A DNA stretch of 64,000 nucleotides from Takakia lepidozioides (taxonomy: Eukaryota; Plantae; Bryophyta). The stretch is from NCBI GenBank assembly GCA_030704615.1, contig CM060732.1, forward strand, positions 7,502,001 through 7,566,000. The letters are read 5' to 3'. How positions within the stretch are numbered: the stretch's first letter is position 1; each line of letters opens with the position of its first letter. The position numbers and the translations under genes are program-made. Shown here piece after piece: positions 1 to 12,428 of this stretch. Below the pieces are notes generated by a model. It was not told where the DNA came from, did no database searches, and saw only the letters and a list, made by a program, of their open reading frames with translations.

Positions 1-3000
1 GCCCCAATGTGATAGAGTCGCCAGAGCACATATTCAAAATGGCGAGGCAGATCAAATTTGTCACGGATGAGTGAGCTCCATTTCCTTTGAACTCGAATCC
101 TTCTGCGAAACTCCTCTAATTCTTGAGCTCACTTGTTATTGGTTGGTAAATGCCTTTGTGTGCTTACCTTTACGCAAGGTTTGTGTCCCTTTTCTCTCTC
201 TTCTCTCTTTCTGCAGCCTTCATCTGTGTAATGGGCTGCGCAGGCTAGGTGTGAAGCTGGTTTTCAAGTCCAGTTTCGACAAGGCCAACCGGACCTCGGC
301 TACATCGTTTCGCGGTCCTGGGCTGGAGGAAGGCTTAAAGGTGAAAACGTCAAGTGCGAAGTATGCTTGGATCAGTTGTGTTCGCCAGTGAGGCAGCTGC
401 CATTGAAGAACTAATTTGCAAACGAGGATTTTGGCGGCTCTACGCATGGGTCGATCAAAATTGTTCAATAGATCTGCTGTGCGCACCCCAGTCGCCCTTG
501 GCAAGCTGTTCACCGAAAGTTTTCAGCTTCAGTCTTGGTGGCTTGGACTCATGTCATAGTGTAGAGGAAGGATCTGTCAGTGTCTTTCAAAAATTGCTGA
601 CTAGTGCCTGTTCGTGGACTTCCTAAACAGTTGCATCAGCTCTTGTACAGCTGCTTCTGCTTACCTTTGTAGCATTGGTGATGAGTTGTTGGTAAGCAGG
701 TCCTCCAGCAGGTGAAGACAACTTTTGGTCTCCCCATTGTTACTGATGTGCATGAATCTTATCAGGTCTCTCTCTCTCTCTATCTCTCCCCCTCTCTCTC
801 TCTGATTGACAGAACTGATATTGGTACCTCTGACCACTTCCTGGTTTGGACTGAGATCAAAAGGTGTTTTCCCAACACCAAGAGATCTGTGAAACGTTCG
901 ATTCAGAAGTGGCGCATAGAAAAATTCCATAATGAGGAGGTCAAGGCTGAGTATGTCCAGGCCTTGCAAGAGGCTCTCCCTCATTTTGTCCAATCGCCCC
1001 AAGAACTTCAGTCTCGCTCTGACAATGCAAGAAATGACGTCGAAAGAGCAGTGGCCTCTTGGGAGAGTTTCGTGTCCTCTGTGGCTGACAAGATCATTGG
1101 GAGGAAACTAATTGTCTGTGGTAGAGCTGTTAATTGGTGGACCAATGAGATTAAACTCAAGATAGCTGAGAGATGAGCCCTCTATAAAGAGTGCTGCAAT
1201 TTGAAAACCAACAGAGAATTGTGGGCGAGGTACTACCAGCTCCGTAAAGATATCAATCAGCTTGTTAGGTCTCAGAAGAAATTATACTGGGACAAGTTAT
1301 ACAGTGAAATATACTCAAACCGCCATGGTGGTAATGACAAGAAATTCTGGTTCGCCCTTCAACGTTTGTACAAGCAGAAAAACGGTCAGCAAGTACAAGG
1401 GCTGAGACTACTAAAGGTGCAGTGGTGACTTCATCGGTTGACATTGTCAAAACCTTTGAAACTCACTACAGTATCCTTGGCAGAACTTCTAGGTCTAACA
1501 GTGAGGGGTCTTCTGCTGAATGGAGGGACACAGTTGGAAAAACTGTTCCTATGATTCAAAACAGCCCTGATGAACTGGAGTATATTTCAATGGCTTATAA
1601 CGCTCCCATTAGTTCTTCTGAGATTGTGGAAGCAATTGAACATTTAAACGGATATAAACCTGGTGGACCTGATGGTATAGTCAACGAGCTTATCAAGCAC
1701 GGTGGCGATCCCATGATAGAGGCCCTAGTTCTCCTCTTTAACCTTATCTGGAAGACTGAAATGATCCCCTTTCGCTGGCGACAGGGGGTCATTGTCAATC
1801 TATACAAGAAGGGTGACAGAGAAGAACCGGGGAACTACTGTGGCATCACGCTCCTCAATGCTGTTGGCAAGACATTCTGCAGAGTTATAAGTACTCGTCT
1901 CGAGGTTGATCTGGAGTCTAGAGGTTGTTCCTTTTTGGGAAGGAAAAAAGAAGGGAAACCCACTTATGTCTTTTTCCTGGATGTCAAAAAGGCTTATGAC
2001 ACAGTGTGGAGAGATGGCCTATGGTTCCGCCTCTGGTCTTGTGGGATCAAGGGAAAGATGTGGAGAGTTGTCCACAACTTGTATGCTCACACCAAAAGCT
2101 GTGTCACTGTTAACGGACAGAAGTCTAACTTCTTTGACATAGACCAAGGTGTAGCTCAAGGATGTACTCTCTCCCCTCTGCTCTTCAATGTTTTCATCAA
2201 TCAACTCCTCGAGGATGTGGAAAGTGAGGGATTTGGGTTAAGGGTGGGTGATACCGCCATACCAGCCCTTATGTTTGCGGATGACTTCGCAGGCATAGGG
2301 GAGACTCCAACCAATCTCCAGGAGTTGATTGATTGCGCGAAGAGATACTTTGATCTTTGGGGTCTAGAGGCTAATGTCAGCAAATGTGCAGTGGTAGCAT
2401 TCAACGACAGAGGAGAGAGAGAAAGTGATCTTAAGTGGCAGTGGGGTAGCCAAGAGATCCTGGTCCTCCCTTCCTACACTTACCTGGGCGTTGAGTTTTC
2501 CTCCAATTGTAATTGGGATGCACATATCCGGAAAGTTGTTCAAACTGGCAAGGGCAAAGCTCTGGGGCTCACTAAATTTTTCCACTGCAGAGGGGTCAAC
2601 TCTGCGGTAAAGAAAACCATGCTTTGTCGCCTTATTAGACCTGCCTTGGAGTACGGATCTGTAAGATGGGTTGATAACTCCAACCAGGCTAAGTCTCTAG
2701 AATCCATTCAAGTGGGGGTGCTTAAGGAGTGTATGTCAGCATGCTCCAAAACAGCCAATGTGGCTGTTCGGGGTGAGTTTGGCATTCCGTCCTTAAGCTC
2801 CGACGAGATGAATTCAAGGTCAGATGGTGGGGTCAGCTGCAACATATGTCCAACACCAGATATCCTAAAGTTAATCGACTCTATATCTTGGAAACAGGAC
2901 CGCAATGTCAAACAGGCTAAGTCCTGGCAGAAGAGAGTAGAAGAGATTCTCAAGGACCTGGACCTGGAACCGCAAGTCTTGACCCTGCTGGATAAATCTG

Positions 3001-6000
3001 ACTTAGAGGCTGTAGTGTCCAAAGCCATGTCTGTTACCATGAGATTGTCTGATGAAAATGAAGTTAGGCAGAAAACTTCCCTGAACTTGTTTCCAGTCGT
3101 GACATGGGGAGGACATCTTGGATGACCTCAAGGGTCTACCCACTCTCGGCACTAGACTGAAATTTAAACTCAGGGCAGGAAGCCTACCTTTGAACAGCAA
3201 ACAGAAGCAGAGAGGAAAGGGAGAGTGCAATTGCCCGTTGTGTGGGCAACCTGAAGACAGTATTCATTTTCTGATATACTGTCCGGGGTTCTCTCACCAA
3301 AGAGACGCTCTCGTCAAATCTATCAAGGGAATTGTGCCTGTACCTCTGTTTACCAACTTTGAAAGTCTCGAGGCTGAGCAAAAAAGCCCAGGCCCTCCTG
3401 AGGCCTAGTTATTGGGCAAATCGCACACAGCAGATTGATGCTTGTGTGAAGGGATTTCTAGAGGATATCTGGAAAACCCGGATTAATTCTATATATGAAG
3501 GTAAGTCTTACTACCAACGTCAGCCCCTGACAGAGGTAGGTTCTGTCCCTTTTGTTTCCGCTCAAACTGGGCGCGGGGTCATGGCCACAAGGCTACGGCA
3601 AACAACGTCTTATGAGTACAATCTCTCCCTCCCTTTCTCCGCCAAGGCCCCTCCCTACATTCTTTCCGGCTGCTAATGTAATCTCTTAACATGTCAGATG
3701 TGTACGTGGATGGCAGTGTGAGGCTGTGGGGAGGGTTGCAGACATTATTCAAATTCCAGCCTTCTTATGCCGGCAGGTTGTGAGCCCCCTCTTTCATCGA
3801 GTTCAGAGTCTAGGGTTTTCTCCATTATAACATGGTGTTCAAGTTCTGAAAGTTTTCACTGGAAGCATGCAGAGATGTATCCTCTCCCAAACAAAAAGTG
3901 GAGAGACTGAAGATTCTACATTTCACAGAGTGGGATGTTGCTTCTTTCTCACTGCTCCATGTGCTGGTGAACATGGTTGCAAGATTGTTGGAGTGGTTAC
4001 TGAACAAATCTCTGTATTTCTTCTCCCCGCCTTCTTATTCACTCAAATTCCACTGTGCCTTGCTGTGGCATTTCCCGAATTACTGAAGGGTGATTTGCAC
4101 ATTGCAGACAGACCTCCTGGTGGCCGCTGCAAAGACAGGAAGAGTGATTAACATAAAGAAGGGCCAGTTCTGTGCCTCCTCTGTAAGCCATCTTCCATAC
4201 TGTATCGTCATTTTTGAAATGCTTTCACTGACTTATGTAAGGTTTGTAAAAGTGAAGCTCCAGCAATGGGTGCAATTCCAGTTGAGGCAGTTGACAGGAA
4301 ATGCCTTTGCAAATGATGTAGGCAAAATGAATCTGGAGTCTTGCCTTCGCTTGGTTTTTTAATGGCTTCCTCAAGGACAGAAACACTAAGTTTATTTGGA
4401 TGGACACTGTAAAAATTAAGGATTGCTTGCATTAACCATGGTGATTTGTTGTTATTGCATTCAAATTTTCAGTTGCATTATGGTAACATTGCCTCTGTTG
4501 TGTATGCAGGTTATGGCAAATTCTGCAAACAAGATCAGGTTGGCAGGAAATCCAAATGTGATGGTGTGTGAACGTGGCACCATGTTTGGCTACAGTGAGT
4601 TCTGCACTCTCTCTCTTGGTTTGGAGCCTGAAGAGTACCAAGTGTGATATTTGTTCTTTGTCAAGTGGTTTGTTCTTTGTCAACAAGGAGCTGCAACTGG
4701 GTTGAGGCACCAATTTAGACCAGCAGCAAATTTCCATGTGAGGCTGTCGTACTGGTTGATGACTTTTTTCCACTCGGCTCTTCCTATTCAGAGCCAGCTC
4801 AAAGACGTTTGGAACTATCAATCACTAATTCAGAACTGTCTAAAAAGCATTCAACGCCATTTGCAAGCACCAAGCAACAGAGGCAGCATAATCTGGTCTG
4901 GTAACTTCAAGGCTGTTGTGACTTCATCTTCAGTTATAATAATAAGTTACCCACCAGTTTTTTAATCCTGTGCAGACGATCTGATTGTTGATCCTCGCAA
5001 CTTAGAGTGGATGAGAGAAGCCAATGCCCCTGTGGTGAAGTAACTTAACCCAGATTTTCTTGTGTGACTTCTGTTTGATTCTTCAGCTTCACTAGCTTTT
5101 TGTCCTTGAATCACCATGTCCAACTTTTCTGTCAGTTTAATAGAAAGCAGCTTCAATCACAACAAGTTTTGTATCTGTACTATGAAGACCAGCCTTATGG
5201 TTCTTCTATAGTTAAGGGTTCAACTTTAAGATGATTAACATGTGGCCAATCTGTTTGCTCCTTTACCGTCAGGTCAGGTGGCAAAGGGACTCAGAGGTGC
5301 TACAGAATGGCTTGAATTAATTATATTTTCGAATGTCTTTGATACGTGTGGGAAGATAGCTATATTGTAATGGCAGATGTCACATGTGAAAAGAACTGTT
5401 TCCTGCAACCGTGTGTAGGTGGCTGATCTAACTCACTCGCTGCAACAACCAGCTGGCAAAAAGGTATGCTTCATCCACGAGATCAGGTCTCCTGCCTTGA
5501 CCTCTTCTCCTGTAATACGCTGGTCTTTTTAGCCGGTAGGTTGTGTAATTTCGGTGGTATTTACTGATGTAAGAACAACTCAAGTAGTTTTCAAGGTCTC
5601 ACTCCCTTCTGAAGGTTTTTGGTTGGTATTGATCTGCAAGAACTTGACTAAAACTGTGTGGGCACCCCAATATGACAGTTTTTTCTCTCGTGGTTGGGAC
5701 AGCTTGAGGGGGGTGGTGTGGCAAGTGGAGGCTTGCGTGAGTTGATTCCTTGTGTTGCTCGGACATGTGTGGCAGTCGGTGTTGATGGTATTTTCATGGA
5801 GGTTTGTCTGGAGTCGCTTGCCTCATTCTGTTATTAGTGAAATAGAGTGGATGCTAACGTGGCATTACATTATATGAAGAAACCCCAAATAATTTGTCTT
5901 TATATTACACTCGGATGGCAGAGTGTTCAAAAATCTGTTCCGTGATGGAATCATACCTGGTTATGTCAAAAAATAATCTTGTGGCTTCGGGGACTGACTA

Positions 6001-7704
6001 TCGCTGAACTGTTTTTAGTAAGCCGTCCTACGTGGAAGTGGTCAAAATTTGGTTCTGCGGCTGAACTACATTTGCATTCTCTACACTTTCAAGTTGTGGA
6101 TTGTTGCATATCCAGACCTAGATAATCTCAGATGTGACTGAAGAGATGGGGCAATTGGACACATACTGCCTATGGCTAGTCTCTCTAGTTTGCGGGCAAG
6201 TAAGTCCCAAATTCATCCACGTATAAGAGTGCATCTGTGACAAGTTAGGATGTCAACTGGATAGTTCAGGACCAAATCAGACGATTCTGCCCATTAGTTT
6301 GTCTTGGTTCAACGTACAACAGTTTATTTCATGAACTGATTTTGGGCACTACTGCCATTGAAATTAGCTTAGTGATAATGTAATTTGGAGTGGATCCGTA
6401 GCAGGTCCTGAAGTGTTACAAATGGTAACAAATTTGACGTTCTAGTGATATTTATCTACTTCTGAGTATTGTTACAGCTACACTTTTGAAGGATTCTCAA
6501 GCACAAAATATTTAACAGTTTGCAAAGCAAATGCCTTGAAAGCGCCCTGTGAGTTATTTGTGGACAGTGACAAGTGGGGTGAGTGAGTGTTGGTGGTGCA
6601 GGTACATGATAACCCATTGCAAGCTCCAGTTGACGGCCCGACTCAATGGGTATGTCTCCTCTAGCCCTTCCCCTCTGTCTTCTCTTCTATCGACAACAGG
6701 TTATGACCACAAGGTTATAGAAACAGAGTCTAAATAACAAAGTCTTGCTGTTGAGAACAACCAATAGAGATGTGCCAGCTAAGTTGTTGTGGATAGTTAT
6801 CCTCTAGGAAGCAAGTCATTCTACATAGGGTCATCTAAGGGTTCTATGACTCCCTGGTTTTGGTGGATAGGACTGAGTTCTGCTACAGAGGCCTGGTGGA
6901 ATTGAGTTGCTGCTATATTGGTGAAATCCTGTTGTTTTACCAATGTATTGTGCCCAAGAATTGGACCACTGAGTTGTATGTTGCATGTGGATTGTCAGCC
7001 CCTGCGCAACTTTAAGGCTTTGTTGGAGGAGTTGATTGCGATTGCAGTAGGTCTTCTCTCCTATCTCAGTAATGTCATCAGTAGAAGAGATGTAGACTAT
7101 CATTTTTTGCTGCGCACTGCCAATCCAATAACCTGCACTGTGTCAAAGTATGCACCTGCAGTCCAATTTAGAGGCCAACACTTGCCCATCCTCAGCTGCA
7201 ACCACCAAACTGACCCCTCTTAACACAGGTTTACAGCCACCACTGTAGAGCTAGCTCACTAAATGTTTGTGAGAATCATTTAGATGGTCGAAGAAAGGCT
7301 AATTTGAATGGACACTTCACAGGCAAACCAAATACAGCACCCAAAACTTCACAGATGTTGTCTGGATGATGTTTATCTCCAGGGCCACATCTGATGCCAT
7401 CTTTCAATGTACAGTTTTACCATAGGAGTCACAGGCAGGTTAGAATCTTCTGGAAAGTGTACAGTGACAGTTGTAATGCTGTCTTGCACTCTTCTGTGGT
7501 GCCAAACTACAGAAAGCCAAAGTTTTACTGAGACTCTCTTTATTCGTAATTGTGTCTGTCTCCTGCCCCAGCCATCTCTCTCTCACAAATGCACTGCTAC
7601 CAAAAGATGCAGTACCTGAATTAGTGTCGTGAAATGTGCAGAGAGTGACGAAGGGGAAGCAGCCATTTAACATTGACCTGACCCCTGTGGATGAGGACTT
7701 CTGA
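1..7704 (+). CDS. KDSA: 2-dehydro-3-deoxyphosphooctonate aldolase (KDO8P synthase), spliced; start lies upstream of the window
   Basis: Exons <1-70, 244-340, 700-765, 3717-3776, 4108-4182, 4510-4594, 4976-5034, 5419-5463, 5703-5801, 6602-6649, 6999-7046, 7642-7704, all GT-AG and in phase. They translate to [99 protein letters not shown], collinear with plant KdsA. Confidence 0.97.
804..3620 (+). mobile_element. 5'-truncated, decayed non-LTR retrotransposon (RTE/RTEX-like LINE ORF2) inside a KDSA intron
   Basis: End of APE endonuclease (TSDHFLVW). RT motifs [39 protein letters not shown]-terminal CPLC..H..C zinc knuckle. Premature stop at 1174-1176, several frameshifts, and an internal deletion before the FLDVKKAYD motif. 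Degenerate ~19-bp TSD: 782-800 atctctccccctctctctc vs 3621-3639 atctctccctccctttctc. Confidence 0.95.
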
Positions 7705-9047
7705 CACCATGACCAGGATTAGGTGTTTTGTACTGCACAATAGGTATCGCCAAGAAGAAAATGCCTGATGGCAAGTGTCTTTTGAGTAGCCATTTTTTTT
7801 TTGCTGCTGAGGGGGGATGCATGCTATTCTGTTAGAGAGCGCAATTGCACTCATTCTTCCTTCCATCAATTTTGTAGCTGACAAGGTTTCAATTCAACTT
7901 CCAAGACTTGCTTGAGCTTGATTTGAAGGATTAGACCTGTCATTTGGGCCTTCTCGAAGTGGTGTGGCAAACTCTAACATTATTCCATGCCAGACATTCT
8001 ATCTGGCATCAAAGCTGTCGGTGTAAGTGGCATGATTAAATTTGTGATTTCATTAGTTGTATCATTCTATCTGGTGCTCCCGTACAGGTGAATCAAGTTA
8101 CAAGCCTTGGAATGTTTTGATCTGATTCCGGTAATTAGACACCTCACCTATGATGCTGGTGTTTTCCAATAATATCATTGCTCACTGAGAATAGTGCTAA
8201 TCTAAATTGGGGAGAGAGGCTATGGACATCTGCTTTTGAAACAGAATATTGGGGAGAGCCTTTGGAAGGGTGAGCCATGACCTCTCCAGTCCTCTTGCAA
8301 ATGCTAGAAGCCATCTGGACTGACCACGTGTGAGATTCTAGTCTTCAGAGCAAATGTGTGAGGTGATGTCAGAGAGCCAAACCTAAACTGTGACATGTCG
8401 TTTACATGTATCCTTTGTATATCGTAGGCAGACAAGATCAATCACCAGGTGTTGAAATGGGATGCGAAGATGAAGGCGCAGCCTCCAATCCCGGAGGCTT
8501 CTCACTGTCTACAGTAAAGACCACATAATGTGCAATGTCGGAGATGTTTCTGACTGAAAGTACCGTCCCTTATCAACCGTTTAGGTGATAATTAATTCAA
8601 ATTGGAAGTGTCTAACGCTTTTTGGGGAATTTTTCAAAATTTGGCCTAATTGCACATGTTGTTTGTAATAAGATGAAAATTTCATTGAACAAAAATCAAC
8701 ACAAATATATGCGTGTGGAAATAACTTCCTACAAATCCCAATCTATTTGCGAGAGCTCCATGTAACTTCAAAAGGCCCCTGCATGGACTCGACAATGTCA
8801 TCATATTCATCCTCCTTTGCCTCCTCATGGATTTCGACGCGATTGAAAATCCTGCAAAATATTCTTCACAAACTTCTTAAGGATGTTGAAACCCTGCAAA
8901 GCTTTATTTACAAATTGACATGAGGTAACTGTACAAAGGATGGAAAGTTCCCATAGCGAGGGAAGAGTTAACATAAAAGAAATGAAAAAGAAAGCGTAGC
9001 AAGCTAATCAAACCAAATGATCATCCCATCCAATTGCCTGAATCACA

Positions 9048-9920
9048 TCAGACAAAGAAATGGGTGTGACATCGGGAAGAGCAGAACAAAGCCATGCCAG
9101 CTACAGTAGCCCGATGCAAGATGGACATAGCTTGTGCCCTCTGTAGTGCTACGGAAACCCAATGTCTATAGAAAGCTACGAAGACGGAAGCCTGGGGATG
9201 CCGTTGATCTTGTTCTGAGCAGCATAATGAGCACAAGTACGAAGAAAGTCGTCAAACTGACGATGAAGACATCCAAAGATCTCCACAGCCAGTGGAAGGA
9301 ACACATCTGTGGGATGACGGTCTTGATAGTTTCGTTGCTTGGTCTGTGCAACAATCAAAGCGGCAGTGCCTTGGGAAGAGGCCGAGCGAGAAAGTCGGAT
9401 CAAGTGGGATCGGTAATGACAACATCTACAAGGGTGCGCAAACCATCTCGAGTTGAAAGGATGTCGACGCGCTGACGCGTCGACGAGTGGACTGAGGCGT
9501 ACGAAAGGGAAGTATGTGAGTTTGCTCCCACAATAAATGGAATGCAGCCTCTCGAGCAACAGAGGCGACGGCGTCCCGCACAACATCATGAGTTGCAACA
9601 GAGGCGACGGCGTCCTGCTCATGAGTCGTTGTACGATCTCCTCCACATGGACAACGAAGGAGATGAACAACAAGTGGATCTATGGGCTGGTGACAAACAC
9701 AGCGCTGTAAGCCAAACACAGAAGGATGTGGTAAGCTAAGATGAAAGTGGAGAGCCGTGACAAAAATTGGGGACGGCAAATGAAACGGTGTGATAGTGGG
9801 TCTTGCTATAAGCCATGTACTTGCCCTTGGTCCCGACAAGGTAAGAGCCTGACACGATGCACATCAAAAGAGATGCAACAGAAAGCATGTTAGAAAAGGT
9901 TTGTTGGTGCACACGATTCA
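9048..9920 (-). mobile_element. Remnant of a restriction-like-endonuclease (CRE/R2-superfamily) non-LTR retrotransposon, C-terminal part
   Basis: Across minus-strand frames: CVCHQPIDPLVVHLLRCPCGGDRTTTH (CCHC-type finger), RRRVDI..LVDVVITDP (RxD..D motif), KQRNY..FLPLAVEIFG, RHWVSVALQRAQAMSI. Frameshifted, with an internal 39-bp duplication near 9557-9634. Confidence 0.8.
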
Positions 9921-9977
9921 ACTTCCACAGTTTTGAGTGTTGAAGTCACTACAGCTACTTCAAAATTCAGTTCCATT

Positions 9978-11930
9978 CTTGCAAGCCGCTACCGACCTAC
10001 CAACTTTCAACCTGCCTAATAAACTTTTAGGATTTTTTACCATTTTTTTGCATTAGTTTTGTGTTTCGCTCACCTTGTTTCTCGCTTGTCTTTTGGCAGT
10101 GTACGTATGCGATGTATTCTCACGAAGACAATGATACAATGGATTCTCCAAGTGTTCAAGAAGACAATGATACAATTTCATTTTGACCCTGTAATTGAAT
10201 GGCAAGGGAATCAATTTGCTGCCGTTGTGGGGAAGATTTGTTTGATGGCACACTCAGGGAAGGATCAGAAGGGAAGGACCATATTGCATATTTACATAAA
10301 ACACAAATGCGCTCTAAATCTACATCTAGAATATTCATCTGGCTGTGAGGGTAAATCACTCTCACTTTGGCCTAGTTATAGGCTGATTGCCCAATGTAGT
10401 CATAGCCACGGGATGCAAAGAAGAGAAGCGAAAAGATTGCCCAACACCATGCTGCATCATAGCTGCCGTGGACCATTTACCTGCAAGGTATCTCGTTCTA
10501 ATACCATCTAGAAGGTAGGATCATAATCGCATTGGTCCTGCATTGTCCCATATCGATCGTCCGTAGTCTAGACATCGCGTAGGATACTTAAGCAGATTGG
10601 GTCTACGGGAGGTAGTCGGGGGGGGGGTGGCCTGTAGTAGGGCTCCGTATGTATACGGAGCCACACTACCGCGTCATAGCCGGCCTCCTCAGGGCCAATC
10701 ATAAGGCAGCTCTGCGGCGAGCAAGCTGCTCTCGACTGCTGCGGACTAGATAGTGGCTGCGACGAGCTTGCTATTGTTAATAGTATGGGCTCCGTATATA
10801 CCGAGCCGCGACAACAGTGAGGTATATACCAGTGTTGTACTGGTATGTGCCAGTAGGCCGGGGTATGTGCACTGGTACGAGTAATGGTATTGTAGAACAT
10901 ACCAGTTGGGTATGTCTTGGGGCATATACCCTGGCTATACTATGGACCCGGGTTTTGAACGCTTAACCTACTCCCTACCTACCATACCAGTCTAAGTATG
11001 AACTATTTTCATACTCCGCTTGAGACCCGTATTGAGGATTGATGAACCGAAGCTAGCATGGGAACTCCACTTTTGTGACCCCGAATTCGCACTTTGAAGC
11101 TTTGGCATACAACTTGATACAATAGGGGTAGAAGGTATGGCGTACAATGATCAGCATACAAGGTGCAATATGCAGGATTTCTTCAGATTTTGTCATGGCA
11201 TCAAGCTTTTCTCCCATTTGTTACAATCCACCCTTACATATACAAAGACCTTCACTAATTTATGAGCAATACAAATTAGTTTGCATGGGCATGTGTGATT
11301 GCAATTTTTTTTTACCTTTTGTACGTTGCCCTCAATCTGGTTTTAATTTCAGCTTTGAATACAGTATGATGACTGTTAGGGTATACCATACCATTGCACA
11401 TGCTCCCCCCATATGTCATTTGAGTTTTTGCCCTACCCATGCCCTGGACCACCATATCTCAAAATTGGAAATACCCATACCCATCCTATAACCTACCGTG
11501 GCCAGTCCTAATCTACCCCGGGCCGTACCAAGTTGGACCCAAGAGCCAAGTTGGACCTACCAGTACCAGTTTGGTATGTCAAAATGGACATACCAGTACA
11601 ACACTGGTATATATGGAGCCCCTACTATTAACGGTAGCAGGGCGACACGTAGGCACTATCTGACGTAGCAGTAGAGGGCAGCTTGCAAGCAGCTACCGAC
11701 CTACCCACTTTCAACCTACCTGATAAACATTTAGGGTTTCTTACCATTCATTTGCACTAGTTACGCTCAGCTCGTTTCCCGTTATATAAGTAACAGCAGG
11801 TAGGTCGTAAATCATAATCGCATTGGTCGTGCATTGTCCCATATGGATTGCCGGTAGTCTACATCGCGCAGGATACTTAAGCAGATGGGGTCTACGGGAG
11901 CTGGTCGGGGTGGTGGGGGCCTGTAGTAGG
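9978..11930. repeat. Dispersed direct repeat: blocks A (9978-10070) and B (10512-10641) recur as A'B' (11682-11930)
   Basis: cttgcaagc.gctaccgacctacc.actttcaacct.cct.ataaac and atcataatcgcattggtc.tgcattgtcccatat...ggatacttaagcagat.gggtctacggga...cctgtagtagg each occur twice. The first copy has ~440 bp extra between A and B. Confidence 0.85.
10721..11686. mobile_element. Non-autonomous foldback element with long (~100-130 bp) terminal inverted repeats
   Basis: 10721-10850 aligns to the reverse complement of 11589-11686, including a perfect tatataccagtgttgtactggtatg / cataccagtacaacactggtatata pair. No transposase ORF inside. Confidence 0.75.
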
Positions 11931-12053
11931 AATGAGTCCTCCATCTTCAAGGGTGGAAATATGGGTACAGTGCTACAAAGGAGAGTGACGGGAAACGACA
12001 AGTTCGCTCTTGATTCCGAAACCAAACTCGTTCTGAAAACGCGTGAGAAAAGA

Positions 12054-12061
12054 GCGGGAAA
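12054..12061 (-). promoter_or_regulatory. Canonical E2F binding element (TTTCCCGC) upstream of ORC4
   Basis: gcgggaaa on the + strand ~370 bp upstream of the ORC4 ATG. E2F sites are typical of plant replication-licensing gene promoters. Confidence 0.6.
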
Positions 12062-12428
12062 AAACATGCCCGCCTTCCCTCTCGGCAAGGAGCAGGAGCA
12101 TGTGCCCGCGTCAGGTCCTATATGTGTTTCTGGATAGAAGGTTTTGGATACATCCTCTCGCTGTACTGGCTTTGATAGGAGACAATGGAACTCTTAGGAC
12201 TCTGCTTGCTAGCATAAACCGCAGATTTTACAGTAATGCCGGCTACTGGGATTTATGACCAAACGTCAATTTGAAGAACCAGCAAGGGGTCGTTTGATAT
12301 GAGAGAATTAGAACCTCTTACGGCCAGTGTTCTTGAATTGATACGGTGAGGAGCGCTGCACCTGGATTGTTTGCTGAAAAACGCAGATCAAGAGGATTAC
12401 CTGCTAATGCCAGTGAGGATTGAAAGAA

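Noticed and set aside
712-1176. 154-aa ORF as a standalone gene
   Set aside because: It is a chimera of a KDSA exon, a TC tract and LINE sequence.
9947-10639. CACTA element (cactacag ... ctgtagta)
   Set aside because: Only a 7/8 terminal match, no TSD and no transposase remnant.
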